Origin: Eledone cirrhosa
Taxonomy: Eukaryota
Assembly: GCA_964016885.1 (NCBI GenBank)
Contig: OZ024752.1
Coordinates: forward strand, 1,612,001-1,676,000
Direction: 5' to 3'
Length of the DNA: 64,000 nt
The translations under genes were made by a program, and so were the position numbers. The notes under the pieces are model-generated. The model saw only the letters and a list, made by a program, of their open reading frames with translations. It ran no database searches and was not told where the DNA came from. Shown here piece after piece: positions 13,234 through 27,927 of this stretch (its first letter is position 1; each line of letters opens with the position of its first letter).

Positions 13234-14432
13234 AGTTTAGTTGAAAGGAATTTATTGACACGTGTTTCTATAACAGTTACATAACCTAAAACAGCTATCT
13301 ACAAACTTTTAGTTATGCAGACATTCAATATTTCAATGTTATTATTTACTGTCATTTCATTCATTAGTTTTTTGAATCATGCTCAATAAATATTCCTTTC
13401 TACCTTGGGTTGGTAGTTTAGTTGAAAGGAATTTATTGACACGTGTTTCTATAACAGTTACATAACCAAAAACAGCTATCTACAAACTTTTAGTTATGCA
13501 GACATTCAATATTTTAATGTTATTATTTACTGTCATTTCATTCATTAGTTTTTTGAATCATGCTCAATAAATATTCCTTTCTACCTTGGGTTGGTAGTTT
13601 AGTTGAAAGGAATTTATTGACACGTGTTTCTATAACAGTTACATAACCTAAAACAGCTATCTACAAACTTTTAGTTATGCAGACATTCAATATTTCAATG
13701 TTATTATTTACTGTCATTTCATTCATTAGTTTTTTGAATCATGCTCAATAAATATTCCTTTCTACCTTGGGTTGGTAGTTTAGTTGAAAGGAATTTATTG
13801 ACACGTGTTTCTATAACAGTTACATAACCTAAAACAGCTATCTACAAACTTTTAGTTATGCAGACATTCAATATTTCAATGTTATTATTTACTGTCATTT
13901 CATTCATTAGTTTTTTGAATCATGCTCAATAAATATTCCTTTCTACCTTGGGTTGGTAGTTTAGTTGAAAGGAATTTATTGACACGTGTTTCTATAACAG
14001 TTACATAACCAAAAACAGCTATCTACAAACTTTTAGTTATGCAGACATTCAATATTTTAATGTTATTATTTACTGTCATTTCATTCATTAGTTTTTTGAA
14101 TCATGCTGAATAAATATTCCTTTCTACCTTGGGTTGGTAGTTTAGTTGAAAGGAATTTATTGACACGTGTTTCTATAACAGTTACATAACCTAAAACAGC
14201 TATCTACAAACTTTTAGTTATGCAGACATTCAATATTTCAATGTTATTATTTACTGTCATTTCATTCATTAGTTTTTTGAATCATGCTCAATAAATATTC
14301 CTTTCTACCTTGGGTTGGTAGTTTAGTTGAAAGGAATTTATTGACACGTGTTTCTATAACAGTTACATAACCTAAAACAGCTATCTACAAACTTTTAGTT
14401 ATGCAGACATTCAATATTTCAATGTTATTATT
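13234..14432. repeat. 181-bp tandem array, ~6.6 copies
   Basis: agtttagttgaaaggaatttattgacacgtg recurs every 181 bp; copies are nearly identical. Confidence 0.95.
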
Positions 14433-14434
14433 TC

Positions 14435-14539
14435 AATGAAAATATAGAAATTATTGTGAGCAAGAAGCCCACAGTATATATATATATATATATATATATA
14501 TACTGTGGGCTTCTTGCTCACAATAATTTCTATATTTTC

Positions 14540-14542
<3 letters not shown>
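14435..14542. repeat. Perfect palindrome centred on (TA)n
   Basis: aatgaaaatatagaaattattgtgagcaagaagcccacag-(TA)n-ctgtgggcttcttgctcacaataatttctatattttcatt. Confidence 0.9.
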
Positions 14543-15590
<1,048 letters not shown>

Positions 15591-16371
15591 TGGGATCTGT
15601 AAATAACTATACATTTTTTCTATTATATACAAGTTAATCGCTAATTACCTCCCCTCTCACATTAGCTCCCCTTAATATAAATCTCTAACTCACTTCCTGA
15701 AAATAAAACCGTTAGATGAATCACTCTAGAACAACTGGATAAGAGTGTAATAGGACCAATATACCATCCATAATTATAACTACTTATAAACATTAACTGA
15801 AATTTAACCAATGTAATGGAAAAGAAAACATTAACATTAATAATCTTATTTGAACAAAACAGGAACAATTATCACACCACATCCACCATAAACTTCATAG
15901 AAACTATTTTTAATACGCAAACATCTTTGTCTGCTTAATGTGCTTGTAAACCTGTGTTATATTATGTGATACCTCGTACCATTGCTTGTTTCCTACTTAG
16001 TTATCCTATACATGCCTAAAACTTTTACACTCTCTATACGCTTACGTATGTACTGCTAATGTACTCGTTTTGCGAGTAACTTTCTGCCTTAATGCCTCTT
16101 TAATTGTTATACTATTCCTTTGTAATCTTTGTCACATTCAATGACACTGACCTCAACATCTCCCCTCTGTAAATATAAAACTGTTGAAGACAACATTAAT
16201 ATCTATCTATCTGTATGTTTGTTCTGTCGAATAGGAAGTTACTTATATGTCTAAACTTTGCTAGTGCTCCGATGATTCAAACGAAAGTTTGGAAGAAACG
16301 ATTGTCAGCAATAAAATGTTTTGAACATAGTTTTGATTATTCTGTAAATTATATATACATAAATATATAGG

Positions 16372-16568
<197 letters not shown>

Positions 16569-18323
16569 TTCATATATATATGTTTGTAAATGATGTATTG
16601 CAAGTTTGGTAGACTATAATTTTACAATTTCCGTACATCTTTATATAAATACATAAATACTTGCATAGATGCACTCATACATATCTCGACATATATACAT
16701 ACCTTATACAATGATATATGCATATATGCGTGCATACATGTTAACATAGACACACATATATATAACATCTTTGGAGGAGGGGATTTTAAATGACTGTTTG
16801 TATGTTGCGATGCGTATTCAGATGTACGTATGTATTTTAGATTGTACGTATTTAATTATTCTGTTGTAATGAAAAGAATATTAGTACTGCTTCTGGCTAT
16901 GTATCCGAATATATGTCGCAGTAAATACCGTTATATCTGTATGAGCTTGAGTCAGGCTAGTGAAACTTGGTGAAATTATTTCCGTATAGGAAAGTGAATA
17001 AGAAAGAAATATATGCGTTCCAATGTATTTCGAATGTCCGCTCAGGCTTCACGAAGACATCATAAATTAAGGTGCCTCTGGGCAAAATGTAGAATTTAAG
17101 TATAGCAGTAAAAAGCGACCGGAAGCTGGTTACGTGAAGCCCAACCAATACAGAATCGAATATTTTCGAATACAGTCATTATCATTATGAAGGCATTCAC
17201 TTACTCCGAACAATTCTCTGAGAAATATTCGTCGACAAACCTACTGTGCATATTCATATAACTTCCTATATAGTGACACTGGAATGTACACTAATGTAAG
17301 AGTTCATCAGAATAGGAAATAGACAAGAATAGAATAAAAAGAAATGTAAGGAGGTTTATGAAACCAACGCATGGTGTATGTAAAACGGAATGGGCAAAGA
17401 AATAAAGAATGTGAATCATAGAACATACTGTATATATTATAGAATTGATATCGAATCCGAGAAATGAAACAGTGTCGAGGAAAATGCTTTATGCTGCTAC
17501 CAGTGTCGGTGGAATTGAGGTGTAATTTATTGAAAACAGAGATTAGAGGAGGAAAGAGGATTATGGAAAGATACAAGAGCGACATATGATTGCGTGTGTA
17601 TGTAAATGTATTTCAAGTTATGCATACGCATGACAGTAGGATGCAACGAGTGTGGCTGTTAACCTAGAACACAGAAGAATAATTTTAGTTAGGTGATAAA
17701 TAGATTCAAATAAAGTCCGTATGTTATAACAAATGGATTACGATGTTATCAGATTCCGAAATTAATTCTAAATCAATACATTTATAATCACGGAAATGAA
17801 TTTAAATAAAGAAACCAATAAGTCAAATTTTAATTAAAAATATGATTGCAATTTTCTCACCTGATTGCTCTCATTGCATTCAATATCTCAGGGCCTTTTA
17901 CTACTTGTCAGTAACCAGATGATGTGTGACTGATAATTTTCTTATTATTAAGGAAACTAATTTCTTTCTTTTCTACCTTCTATTCAATGTAGACCTTCCC
18001 ATTCTATATGACAAAATACTTGCGAATTCTGTACTGGGTCTTTTCGATATCAAGTATGTATCTCAGTGAAACTGAAGCTACTGAGTTCCAGAGATGTTAA
18101 CATACACGGACCAGTTATTTTCATCTAAGACATTATTTTCATCTAAAGACATTTTTTCCAACTACACCCGCCCGTCCCTGCAATCTATCTTATTTCTCAT
18201 TCTTCTTCTGGTAAAGGAGTAGCGGCCGAAACGTTAATACCCTCTTCCTACTATTTCAAGCGTTAATCTAATATAATCCTTCCATATACTGTACTGATTA
18301 TGTTGTTATTTATGGTTACCTTT

Positions 18324-18401
<78 letters not shown>

Positions 18402-18412
18402 ACACAGATAAA

Positions 18413-18773
18413 GATGCTGATGTTACATACATCGTTTATTCATTTTAATTATTTCAACGGTTCTCCCATGCAATCAAGATGTGATTCATGCATTTATTGT
18501 TGTTATGAGAATGGTATCCTCAGATGAAATCCGATTTAGTGATATGCTGCCGGCTTGGGAAAACAAAACATACGTGCTTCTGCTCGTGCGTCCAACAGTC
18601 ATATGAGTTCCCGAAAGAGTCTCCCCGCCGTCCTAATTACTAGAGTAAAGTGCTGCACTTCACTCGGATTTCATTCTCATAACAGCAACAAATGCATGAA
18701 TCACACCTTGATTGCAGGGAAGAACCGTTGAAATAATTATAATGAATAAACAATTCATGTATCATCAGCACCT
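18413..18773. mobile_element. Diverged foldback element (~120-bp arms)
   Basis: 18413-18542 is the imperfect reverse complement of 18660-18773 and follows a (CA)n(TA)n tract. Confidence 0.7.
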
Positions 18774-18778
18774 TTTAT

Positions 18779-19085
18779 ATATGAGGGGACTTCAAAACGT
18801 TCGTGGAAACATGGCAGTTGGAAAATATGGTTTATTTTTCAAGATATGCTCCATCTAGTTCAATACACTTCTGCAAGCGTATCGGCCTCATAGTACATCA
18901 GTGTAAACCTGAGAGTGATTTAAACCATGTCAAGGCAGCTTCTTTTACATCTTCAACAGGGGGTCATCTTCAACCTCATCTTATTCTCTTCTAAAATTAC
19001 TTATCCATTTGTAACCTGTTGATTTGTTTGGGGTATTGTGTTCCAGAGCATCAATGATTTGGCTGCTCTTCCACCCAAGCTTTAA
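18779..19085 (-). mobile_element. Mariner transposon remnant
   Basis: TIR-like tatgaggggacttcaaaa. Minus strand 18879-18832 encodes RLQKCIELDGAYLEK*, a typical mariner transposase C-terminus. Confidence 0.7.
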
Positions 19086-19586
19086 TGTTTTGAAGGCGGC
19101 TCTATCTAGCCCGCCTGGTCCGCGGCCAGCGCGTGAGCCACTATATGCTTATAATAGTGAGAGATCGCGAGAGCGGGATAGACGAAGGCAATGGCAGTGG
19201 GTGTTTGGTTCCTTTGGGTTTGGATCTGGTATATATGTATATGAAATAGACACTCAGTGTCTCCATGCTATTAGCATCTTTGTAAAACAATGGTTATTTC
19301 TCTAATAAAATATATATAATTTCTAGCATTACTTATAGTGCAGTTATTTATAGTGTTTTGTTATATATATATATTTTCCTGGTTTTCATTGGAGAGGTTT
19401 GGTTTTCTGCTATTGTTATTATTTACCTTTGGACCTTTGGATTTAAATGCCACCGAGGAAAGTGTCGCCTTTCATCCTTAGGGAGCCGATAATGAAAGTA
19501 CTAGCAACACATGAGGTCAATTTAATTGACATCCACTTCCCCAAAACTTATTATACTTGAGCCTAAATCAGGAAACATTATAATTA

Positions 19587-19768
19587 ATTGGGAGTATCGG
19601 TAGAGGGTCCGACGCCATACTTTGACGCATAGAGTTACGGCCCTTGCCATTCTGAGTTCAAATCCCGCCGAGGTTAACTTTGCCTTTCATCCTTACGGGG
19701 TCGAGAAAATAAAGTACCAGTAATGCACTGAGTAATTGCTGGCCTTGTGCCAAAATTAGAAACAATTA
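19587..19768 (+). mobile_element. SINE family A copy
   Basis: gagttcaaatcccgccgaggttaactttgcctttcatccttacggggtcg...ggccttgtgccaaaattagaaacaatt. Confidence 0.85.
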
Positions 19769-21834
19769 TAAATTAATATTAATATTTTCTTTGCTCGTCT
19801 CGAGTCGTGTTGCAAATCTTCGTGAGCAACATATTCACACTTGCTGAGACGTAAACATCACGTTCATAAAAAGGAAGATCTCTCGCTAGAAGAGTAATCG
19901 AGAGAAACAAACATACTCCCGCCGTAGCGGTGTGTGTTAACATTCGAACTAATATGTGACTAAGTCGCAGTCAGTCTACTCCGTCACTGTTGCTCTCAGG
20001 AAAGGATTTCAGAGCATTCACCCCGATTTCACTGGACAAGGTGATATTACTTGTGGCGGCTTGAAATTTTATCAATTTAACATTAATCTAATATCTCTGC
20101 TTTGTCCAAATATTATATGTACGTATTTGCAAGCGATGTGTTTCAGTCATTCTTTTCAATCAGAATATGATGTACACTTTAACTTAATGTTTTTATTAAT
20201 ATAGTATTACGTGCTTACCTATTTACAAAGCAATACGCCAGCCTCTTTTTATTCTCCTCTTTCTCGGAAAACTCCCGAAATTTCACATTCTGAGACACCG
20301 AATGTAAATGATTTGATACAAATTACCAAATATATGATATGCTTTCGAACAAGGCATTTGAAAATTTACTGTAGAATCTGTTAGTAGAAAATCCATTAAA
20401 ACTCTGCCCATAAAATGCTATAACCATTCAGGAATTGATCATGTATACTGGGCTTTGTAATAACATTTATGTTTTAAACATATTTCTTTGCCCATTAAAA
20501 CATACGTACTACATGTAATATAGTAGTTTCAGCTTTAATATTACATCCTGGGGTCATGTGAATTTTCAGGAACAACATTACCCAATTCATGCAAGCATAC
20601 TTTGACATTTTATATAATACATAAACAAGAAATCAAGCGGTCTACTAAGTTACAGCCAGCGAGCATATCCAACTAAAACATGAATGGTTTCTTCTATGTT
20701 TTGCTATATTTATGGCTTGCTGAAGCAATATAAAATCTAATCAAATGAAAACAGTTTCATAGGAGATAAATATCGTTAACGATATCATTTTTCGTTGGTT
20801 CAGGCAGAATATAAAATGAATACTTACAAGTTTGTAACAAGAAATGTTTCCATTTAAGTAGGACATTACTTGGGTTATATAAAGAAGAACGTTTTCCCCC
20901 GGCCCTCTTCTTTAAAGCAAAAAAGAGGAAAACAAAGAAAAAAAATTTTCTGTGATCTTCTGTTTTTATTTCTTTTCTTAAGTTATTGCAAATAAATAAG
21001 GAGCAAATATGACTGGATCTTCAGCTTCTGGACATTTCAAATTAAAATAGGGCCGATAACTATATCAATAATTGTGATAATATATCATTCTTAATGTAAT
21101 TGATGGTCAAGAAATATTCAGAGCGCTTCTTCATATCAATCTTTACTGCATCAATAAGAGTCTAAATTGATTAAGATCTTCTTGACGGGTGTACAACTAA
21201 CAAAAAATATATTTCTGTAACTGCCAACGGTGAATAACAGATACACACACCTACACACACTTATGTACATGTAACTAAATGTATATATATATATATATAT
21301 TTATATATTATTTAAAAGAGAGAGAGAGAGTGTGGAAGACAGAGAGAAAGAGAGAAAGAGGAGATAAATAAATAGATACATATTTATCTATTTACAAGAA
21401 TGCTGTAAATCAACACAAACAGACAGACCTCAGTATGAAAACCATTCTAACAGAATATAATTGTGAAACTACTCCAGTTATTCCAAATATTTGAAATATT
21501 CGCAACAATGAATCTTTTGCACGATATTTAAAATATACTAATTTAATGTCTCATAAAACTGAGATATAGATTAATAGTTCCAGATTTCAAATCTCACTTA
21601 TCAGAAACGTCAACGTTGACCTTAAAATCATTTAGGAATTGAACATGTCATCCCACACCCCATAAGAGTGGCTTTTAGTTTGAGAAAGAATTGCTGCACT
21701 TTCTTCCTAGTATAACAACAACGTACTGTCAAATGCTTGTGTTTGTTGACATGTCAATCACAGAAGTCTGATGATATTCAAACTTCTGTGATTGACATGT
21801 GTTGGTAAATATTAATGCTTTTTATTTTAATACT

Positions 21835-21933
21835 AATTGTTTCTACTTTAGGCACAAGGCCAGTAAATTACTCAGTACATTACTGGTACTTTATTTTGAC
21901 GTCCAACCCTCTACTGATCCTGCCAATCCACCG
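21835..21933 (-). mobile_element. SINE family A, internally deleted
   Basis: Both ends are present (ttgtttctactttaggcacaagg; tgccaatccaccg) but the core is missing. Confidence 0.7.
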
Positions 21934-21983
21934 ATAATAATCATGGTTAATTTTTATTCATAGACATATAGACATACACACAA

Positions 21984-22061
<78 letters not shown>

Positions 22062-22064
<3 letters not shown>

Positions 22065-22256
22065 ATGGAATGCCTTCTACAGAACTAGAACTGTTTCATT
22101 CGGAAGAAATGATCAGGAAAGCTTTCCTGATGATTTTTTCAAAATAAAACAATTCTTGTCCTGTAGAAGTGATTTCTATACTATATATTTATACTCTGCT
22201 ATGTATTGACTATCTTACTTACTGTGGTTACCCCAGTTTGAACCTGAGATACACTT
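22062..22256. mobile_element. Short foldback element, family F4
   Basis: ~45-bp inverted arms (cttctacag...ctgtagaag) plus an ~85-bp extension, with (TA)n on both sides. Second copy at 35943-36124. Confidence 0.75.
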
Positions 22257-22258
22257 AT

Positions 22259-22350
<92 letters not shown>

Positions 22351-23441
22351 TTGTGTGAGTGTATGTGTGTGTTTGTGTGTGTGTGTGTGTCTCTCTCTCT
22401 ATCTCTCTCTCTCTCTCTCTCTTTCTGTGTGCATACACAGACTGAGAGAGAGAAAGAAAAAAAAAGAGGGAGACTAATAACAGAAAGAAAAACATTATAG
22501 AGTGTAGATTCTGTTAAGTTTAAAGCAGAAAGATAGAGACGTAGATGTAGGTTGCCTAGTTTCCCATATATTACCATTCATTAAAAAGATGTTTATAAAC
22601 TTGGAAAAGTGACATATTTCTGACACACATTGTATAATGAACATATTTTCGTTTATGCATCATTGGAACACCCCTATATATATATGCAATCAAATCTATA
22701 TTAGAGTTTTTGATTTTTTTTCAATATGTTACGTGCTAATTTTACCCAACAGCTGTCTAGTGATATTTTAATTAGACATTTTTTCATACGTATTCCTTTT
22801 TGCATCCAAATCTCTAATTACTTTCTCTACGGGTGAATATTTTTTAAGATGTCTCTTTATATATTATAAATATAATTTGATGTATGAAAGAGCGTGATAT
22901 TTACATGTATGCGTATGTACAGGTTACTTGTTTTCTTACACTGCTGGTTTATTTGTATTTCTCTCTATATTTTTCTATGTAAAGTTTGTAAAATTCTATC
23001 GTACTTCCGCAGTAATTTCAAAACTTAGTTGATATATAAAATGTTGTACTGGATTTCAAATGCCAACAAAACCTGATATTCAAATCTCTCTTGGCAGTTG
23101 TATAATATAAGAATAAACACTTGAATAATATTTGTTTGGATGCGTTAATTTGAAAAAAAACATAAGCTGTAATATATTCTTCGAAAAAATATATATTTCA
23201 ATTAAAAATATATTATTTTCTTATTCATCAATTCTTCATCCACGTTTTCATCATGTTTTATCATCAAAATCATAGTGATCCTGTTATTCTTGCACATTAT
23301 CTTCATTATCATGAATTTATGAATTTATCCACTAAGGAGTGTATAATAATTTTCCTTTTTTTTGTATATCTTCAATATCTTCACTATTATAATTTTTGCC
23401 GTTGAAAGTTTACATTCATTCACCGAAATGACCCTATTTCA

Positions 23442-23542
<101 letters not shown>

Positions 23543-23556
23543 TAGATAGATAGATA

Positions 23557-23985
23557 AATATACACGGTGTGTATGATTGTGTATAGAAGATTATATTAAT
23601 AAAAGGAATTCCAACTTTGTCTGATTTACTCGTTTTATTTACAATCCTTTAACATTTATAATGGTATTATAATGAAATGGTATGATAGAATATTAAATGT
23701 TATATATTAATTGAACAAGTACTTTCATGCTTTCACAATCTTCAGGTTGATAATGTGTGGTAACAGTCAAGTTTGCAATTTTCAACTGACAGTTGAAAAT
23801 TGCAAACTTGACTGTCACCACACATTATGAACATGAAGATTGCGAAAGCATGAACGTACTTGTTCATTTAACATATGACATTTAATTTTCTATCATACCA
23901 TTTCATTATAATACCATTATAAATGTTAAAGGATTGTAAATAAAACGAGTAAATCAGACAAAGTTGGAATTCCTTTCATTAATAC
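23557..23985. mobile_element. Near-perfect ~390-bp palindrome, family F5, one hammerhead motif per arm
   Basis: Arms ~23595-23789 and 23791-23985 meet at ttttcaactg-a-cagttgaaaa. Left-only extension; microsatellites on both sides. Confidence 0.9.
23714..23748 (-). ncRNA. Minimal type I hammerhead motif with palindromic stem III
   Basis: Minus strand: aac CTGAAGA t tgt gaaa gca t GAAA gtac TT gtt. A mutated mirror copy lies at 23828-23866 (+). Confidence 0.7.
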
Positions 23986-23988
23986 ACA

Positions 23989-24044
<56 letters not shown>

Positions 24045-24377
24045 GGGAATGCAACGCTCTAAGAGGTTCATTCTGTCATTACCACAACAGAGGTCCGACG
24101 ATTTTGACTCCAGAATCAGGCTAGATCGATACAGATCGAACCTTGAGCTGACCAATAGTGTTACTACTCAATAAATGTAATGAGGACTGAACAAATCGTG
24201 CTTTTTATTATAAAAATATATATTTGTCGTGGCTATGACATTAAACTGCATTCACTTGCAAGGCTCCAGTTCGAGAGATCAGGAGCTATGGGGAATGTGG
24301 AGTTACCTCTTAGTTATTATCACCCAGCTCTGCTACGGCCCAGAACAGTAGTAATTACATACTTATATTTAGGTATC

Positions 24378-25010
24378 AGGCGTACCAAGAGTGAGAAATG
24401 AAATTTCGTTTCATTCACTGTACGGCACAATTCGGGCTGTTTGTTTACAAATAAACCGAACATTATAATAAATGTCCGGTAAACCCATACGTACATATAT
24501 ATGTGTGCATCTATGTATATATATACACACTACTGTGCCTCTGTACACATATATGTATGTACTTATACATATTTATATTTAGGTAACATCCGTACTAAGA
24601 GTGAGAGATGAAATTTCGTTTCATTCTTTTCCATTTATTGTTTTCGGTATTCCCGGCCGACTAACTCACTCGATATGCAAATTAGGCTGCTCAGCCGTTA
24701 ATATGCATAAGGAAAGTATATACTTTCAGACGTCCAATCATCTGACAGAAAGGTATACGATGCTGATCATAGCTAATAAGCTTGAAACTAGTACATCGTT
24801 CCTGTGTCAGTGTTGAACAAAAGGGCGACGATGGTTGTCGAGCACTGTACGGCAGAATTCTGGCTGTTTGTTTACAAACAAGCCGAACATTATAATAAAT
24901 GTTCGGTAAACCCATACGTACATATATATATGTGTGCATGTATGTATATATATACATACTGCTGTGCGTCTGTACACATATATGTATGTACGTATACATT
25001 CTTATATATA
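24378..25010. mobile_element. Partial tandem element, family F6 (~427-bp period)
   Basis: cactgtacggca...aaacccatacgtacat repeats at 24416 and 24843. gtactaagagtgagaaatgaaatttcgtttcatt is shared with 53015-53565. Confidence 0.75.
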
Positions 25011-27020
25011 TATATATATATGTGCAACACTGTATTCTGTAATTCCGTCTAGTTTATGCCATTTTGCAGAAACCACACTTATATTGCTATCCTTCGCTAC
25101 AGAAATATGCATCTTACTTCGTTGGCATATAATTATAATCTAAATTATAACTATATTCAATATATATATATATATATCTATCTAAAGCGCATATTTGTGT
25201 GTTTCACTGATAAAACAGGAAATAAAGAATATTTTCATGTTGAAATACGAAAATGATATTAATGTCGTGTTATGTCGCAATAGTTGTTTCTTTTGTTGTG
25301 TAATTAGGTATTTATTATAGTTCTATTGTTATTTTTCTTAGTTTAGAGGCATTAATTGTATTTGTCTATGGGAAGTGAGCTATAATCCAATGATTCGAAA
25401 GTGGGACCTTATTCTTACCGAAAGAGCAGCCGTCACTAATATGCGATAATATTAGAAACACACAGTGAAGCAGTTACTAATATAGGGCCAACGTCTTGCA
25501 GGAATCCTGCGCGGTGTGAAAAGGGATCTTTTGTAAATTTCTACTATTAAGCGAAAATATGAACGAGATCAAGGGAAATGACTCTAACATCACATCATTT
25601 TCATCATCCCAACTTGTTTTTATTCGACTGCATTGAACTTGTCGGCTCTTTCATGAAGTATTTCACAAATTAATCTCCTACATATTACCGTTTGCATTAT
25701 ATTTTGGAATGATATTTCTGTTCATATATGAGAGAGTGAAATTTATGGTGTATTAAATTTCAAAGTTTTAGATCTTCATTGAAACGTGTTACGCAAAGTC
25801 TGCCTGTTGAGATGGTATTACGCTTCCATTGTATTTAATAGTTATATAAGAATTGATATACCCTTTTATATTAAATATTATGTTATTCGGTATAAGAAGC
25901 TCAAACGTTACCTTCAAAGACAACAAATAGATTATACCTAGCTTACTGAACTATTCATGTTATATATTATTTTCTTTCGGTAGGATTTATTGGATCATAT
26001 AGATATTGAATTCGTTTGTATATGAAGTTCTTGTGTAAGGCAACTGAATGCATTGACTAAAAAGATACCACTAATCGAAACGACTCCACAAGGGGCAATA
26101 TTTCAAGTAACAATGTTAGTTAGCATGCATGCTGCAATATCACGTTAGGAGTAAGCAACATCTCTATTTCTTGTTTGCATGATTACACATCAAAGACGTA
26201 TATTTACTACAGAGAGACTATATGGTTCTCTTAACTCTTTCTTCATATGACATATCCGTAAACATAATATACTTTCCTGATTTCCTTTGAAATGTCTTTC
26301 AGTAAAAATATGTTCAATGCATTTTCTTAAAATAGAGTTTCTCATGTTAAAAGCACATATCTTTCTATGTGTTATATATTCCGAGTTATCATTGAAGTTA
26401 ACTGATATAAATGAAAAAATATATATATATACATTATTTCATTCATCTCAGAGTTTTGGCATGAATGGTGATATAAATATTCTAATGAAATATGAGAATA
26501 TATTCAATTCACACATACATTTTCGTGTGAAAGAAGTTGCATTTTCTTTTGTAATGGGCGGAAAATAAAATATTGGCCGAGTGGATAGATGATGGATTAC
26601 TCAAAGATCCCAAGTTCACATTTAATGCAATGTACCATTATATTATATGTTTCTTCAAGAATGTCAACATGAAGTGGTAGACATTGAAATCGTATGTGGC
26701 TTTTTAATGATATGCACAGGTTGTATTAATTAAGGAGGTGATTAAATAGTAGCACTAATTGACATGTACGACTAGTATATTCATCTAAATTGTTTCACAG
26801 GAAAATCTTCTTTTATGACGTATGTCTTGAATAATTTCCAGCAAATGACCTCAAAGAACTGAGGAACATTTAGCATATAAAAGAATGTAAAGTGATAATT
26901 GGAACACAGTTGAAACATATCATAACACACCTCCTTACTCTATTGTGCATATATATCACGTTAAAATATTATTATAATGTGGCACACAATTCCACCTTTT
27001 CTTATGGAATTTGGTTAAAT

Positions 27021-27204
27021 AATTGTTTCTACTTTAGGCACAAGGCCAGCAATTACCCAGTGCATTACTGGTACTTTATTTTATCGACCCCGTAAGGATG
27101 AAAGGCAAAGTCAACCTCGGCGGGATTTGAACTCAGATCGTAAAGGGACGTAACTATGCTGGGAAGCATGGCGACCGACCCTCTACCGATACTGCCAATC
27201 CACC
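27021..27204 (-). mobile_element. SINE family A, full length
   Basis: A/B boxes and core present; 18-bp TSD ggaatttggttaaataat (27006-27023 and 27205-27222). Confidence 0.9.
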
Positions 27205-27659
27205 GGAATTTGGTTAAATAATGTTAACACAATAGATTTATTTATCGAAATATTTACTTGTCTTTTCAGGTTTTCGTTCTTTTAATATATCACTTAATAT
27301 ATCACTTGACATTTATAATATTATCAGTTCTGGTCAGTGGCGATGAGAGATGTGTATTGCAAGGAAGGAACTAATTCCAGCAGTGCTGCATTCAACGTCA
27401 AAACTATCAAGTGCATGTCGAAGAGTACCTAAGCCTGCACATTCCAATTGATCCAACACCAATCAGCTGTGATATCATTTCCTACCCGGCAGCGAATGAC
27501 AGTTGTGAACATGAAGATTATGAATAGGATATGTTAGAGTACGCAACTTTGGAAGAGTTCGATTCCCACACTGAATGGATTCTATTTAGTACAATCTATC
27601 CAAACACAAATACTAAGCAATTCGTAGAGATAAATCAAAGACACAATATGTCCCTCGAT

Positions 27660-27927
27660 CTCACTCACGTACAGAACCTTCTAGAGTAAACTCCGTGAAA
27701 GACGGTTGGATAAAATCCATGAGCTCAGCTAGTCTAACTTGGGGATCTAGTCGGATCAGTTGGAGGCGGTTGCTTTTGACAGGACTTACTCGAAGTCATG
27801 TTTGAGAAGGCTGTCCGCACAACCCCCATAGGAAAACGTGTGCAGGGAAGAAGAAGATGAAGAAGAATAAGGAAATCGAAGAGAAGACGAAGGATAATAA
27901 GGAAAAGACGGAGAAGAAGAAGAAGAA
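27660..27927 (+). mobile_element. 3' end of an RTE-like LINE
   Basis: KLRERRLDKI...VAFDR reads resemble the RTE C-terminal R..RW.D / A.DR..W motifs, followed by a degenerate (GAA)n tail. Confidence 0.45.

Noticed and set aside
13234-14432. CRISPR-like array
   Set aside because: Whole 181-bp units are repeated with no unique spacers, there are no cas genes, and the context is eukaryotic.
18200-18240. Hammerhead at ctggtaaaggagtagcggccgaaacgtta
   Set aside because: The core and stems are too degenerate to support.
19086-19400. Solo LTR
   Set aside because: TGT start, TATA-like and AATAAA words are present, but no clear CA end, TSD or second copy.
20300-20620. Penelope RT thumb remnant on the minus strand (TKPSIHDQFLN)
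   Set aside because: A single weak motif is not enough by eye.
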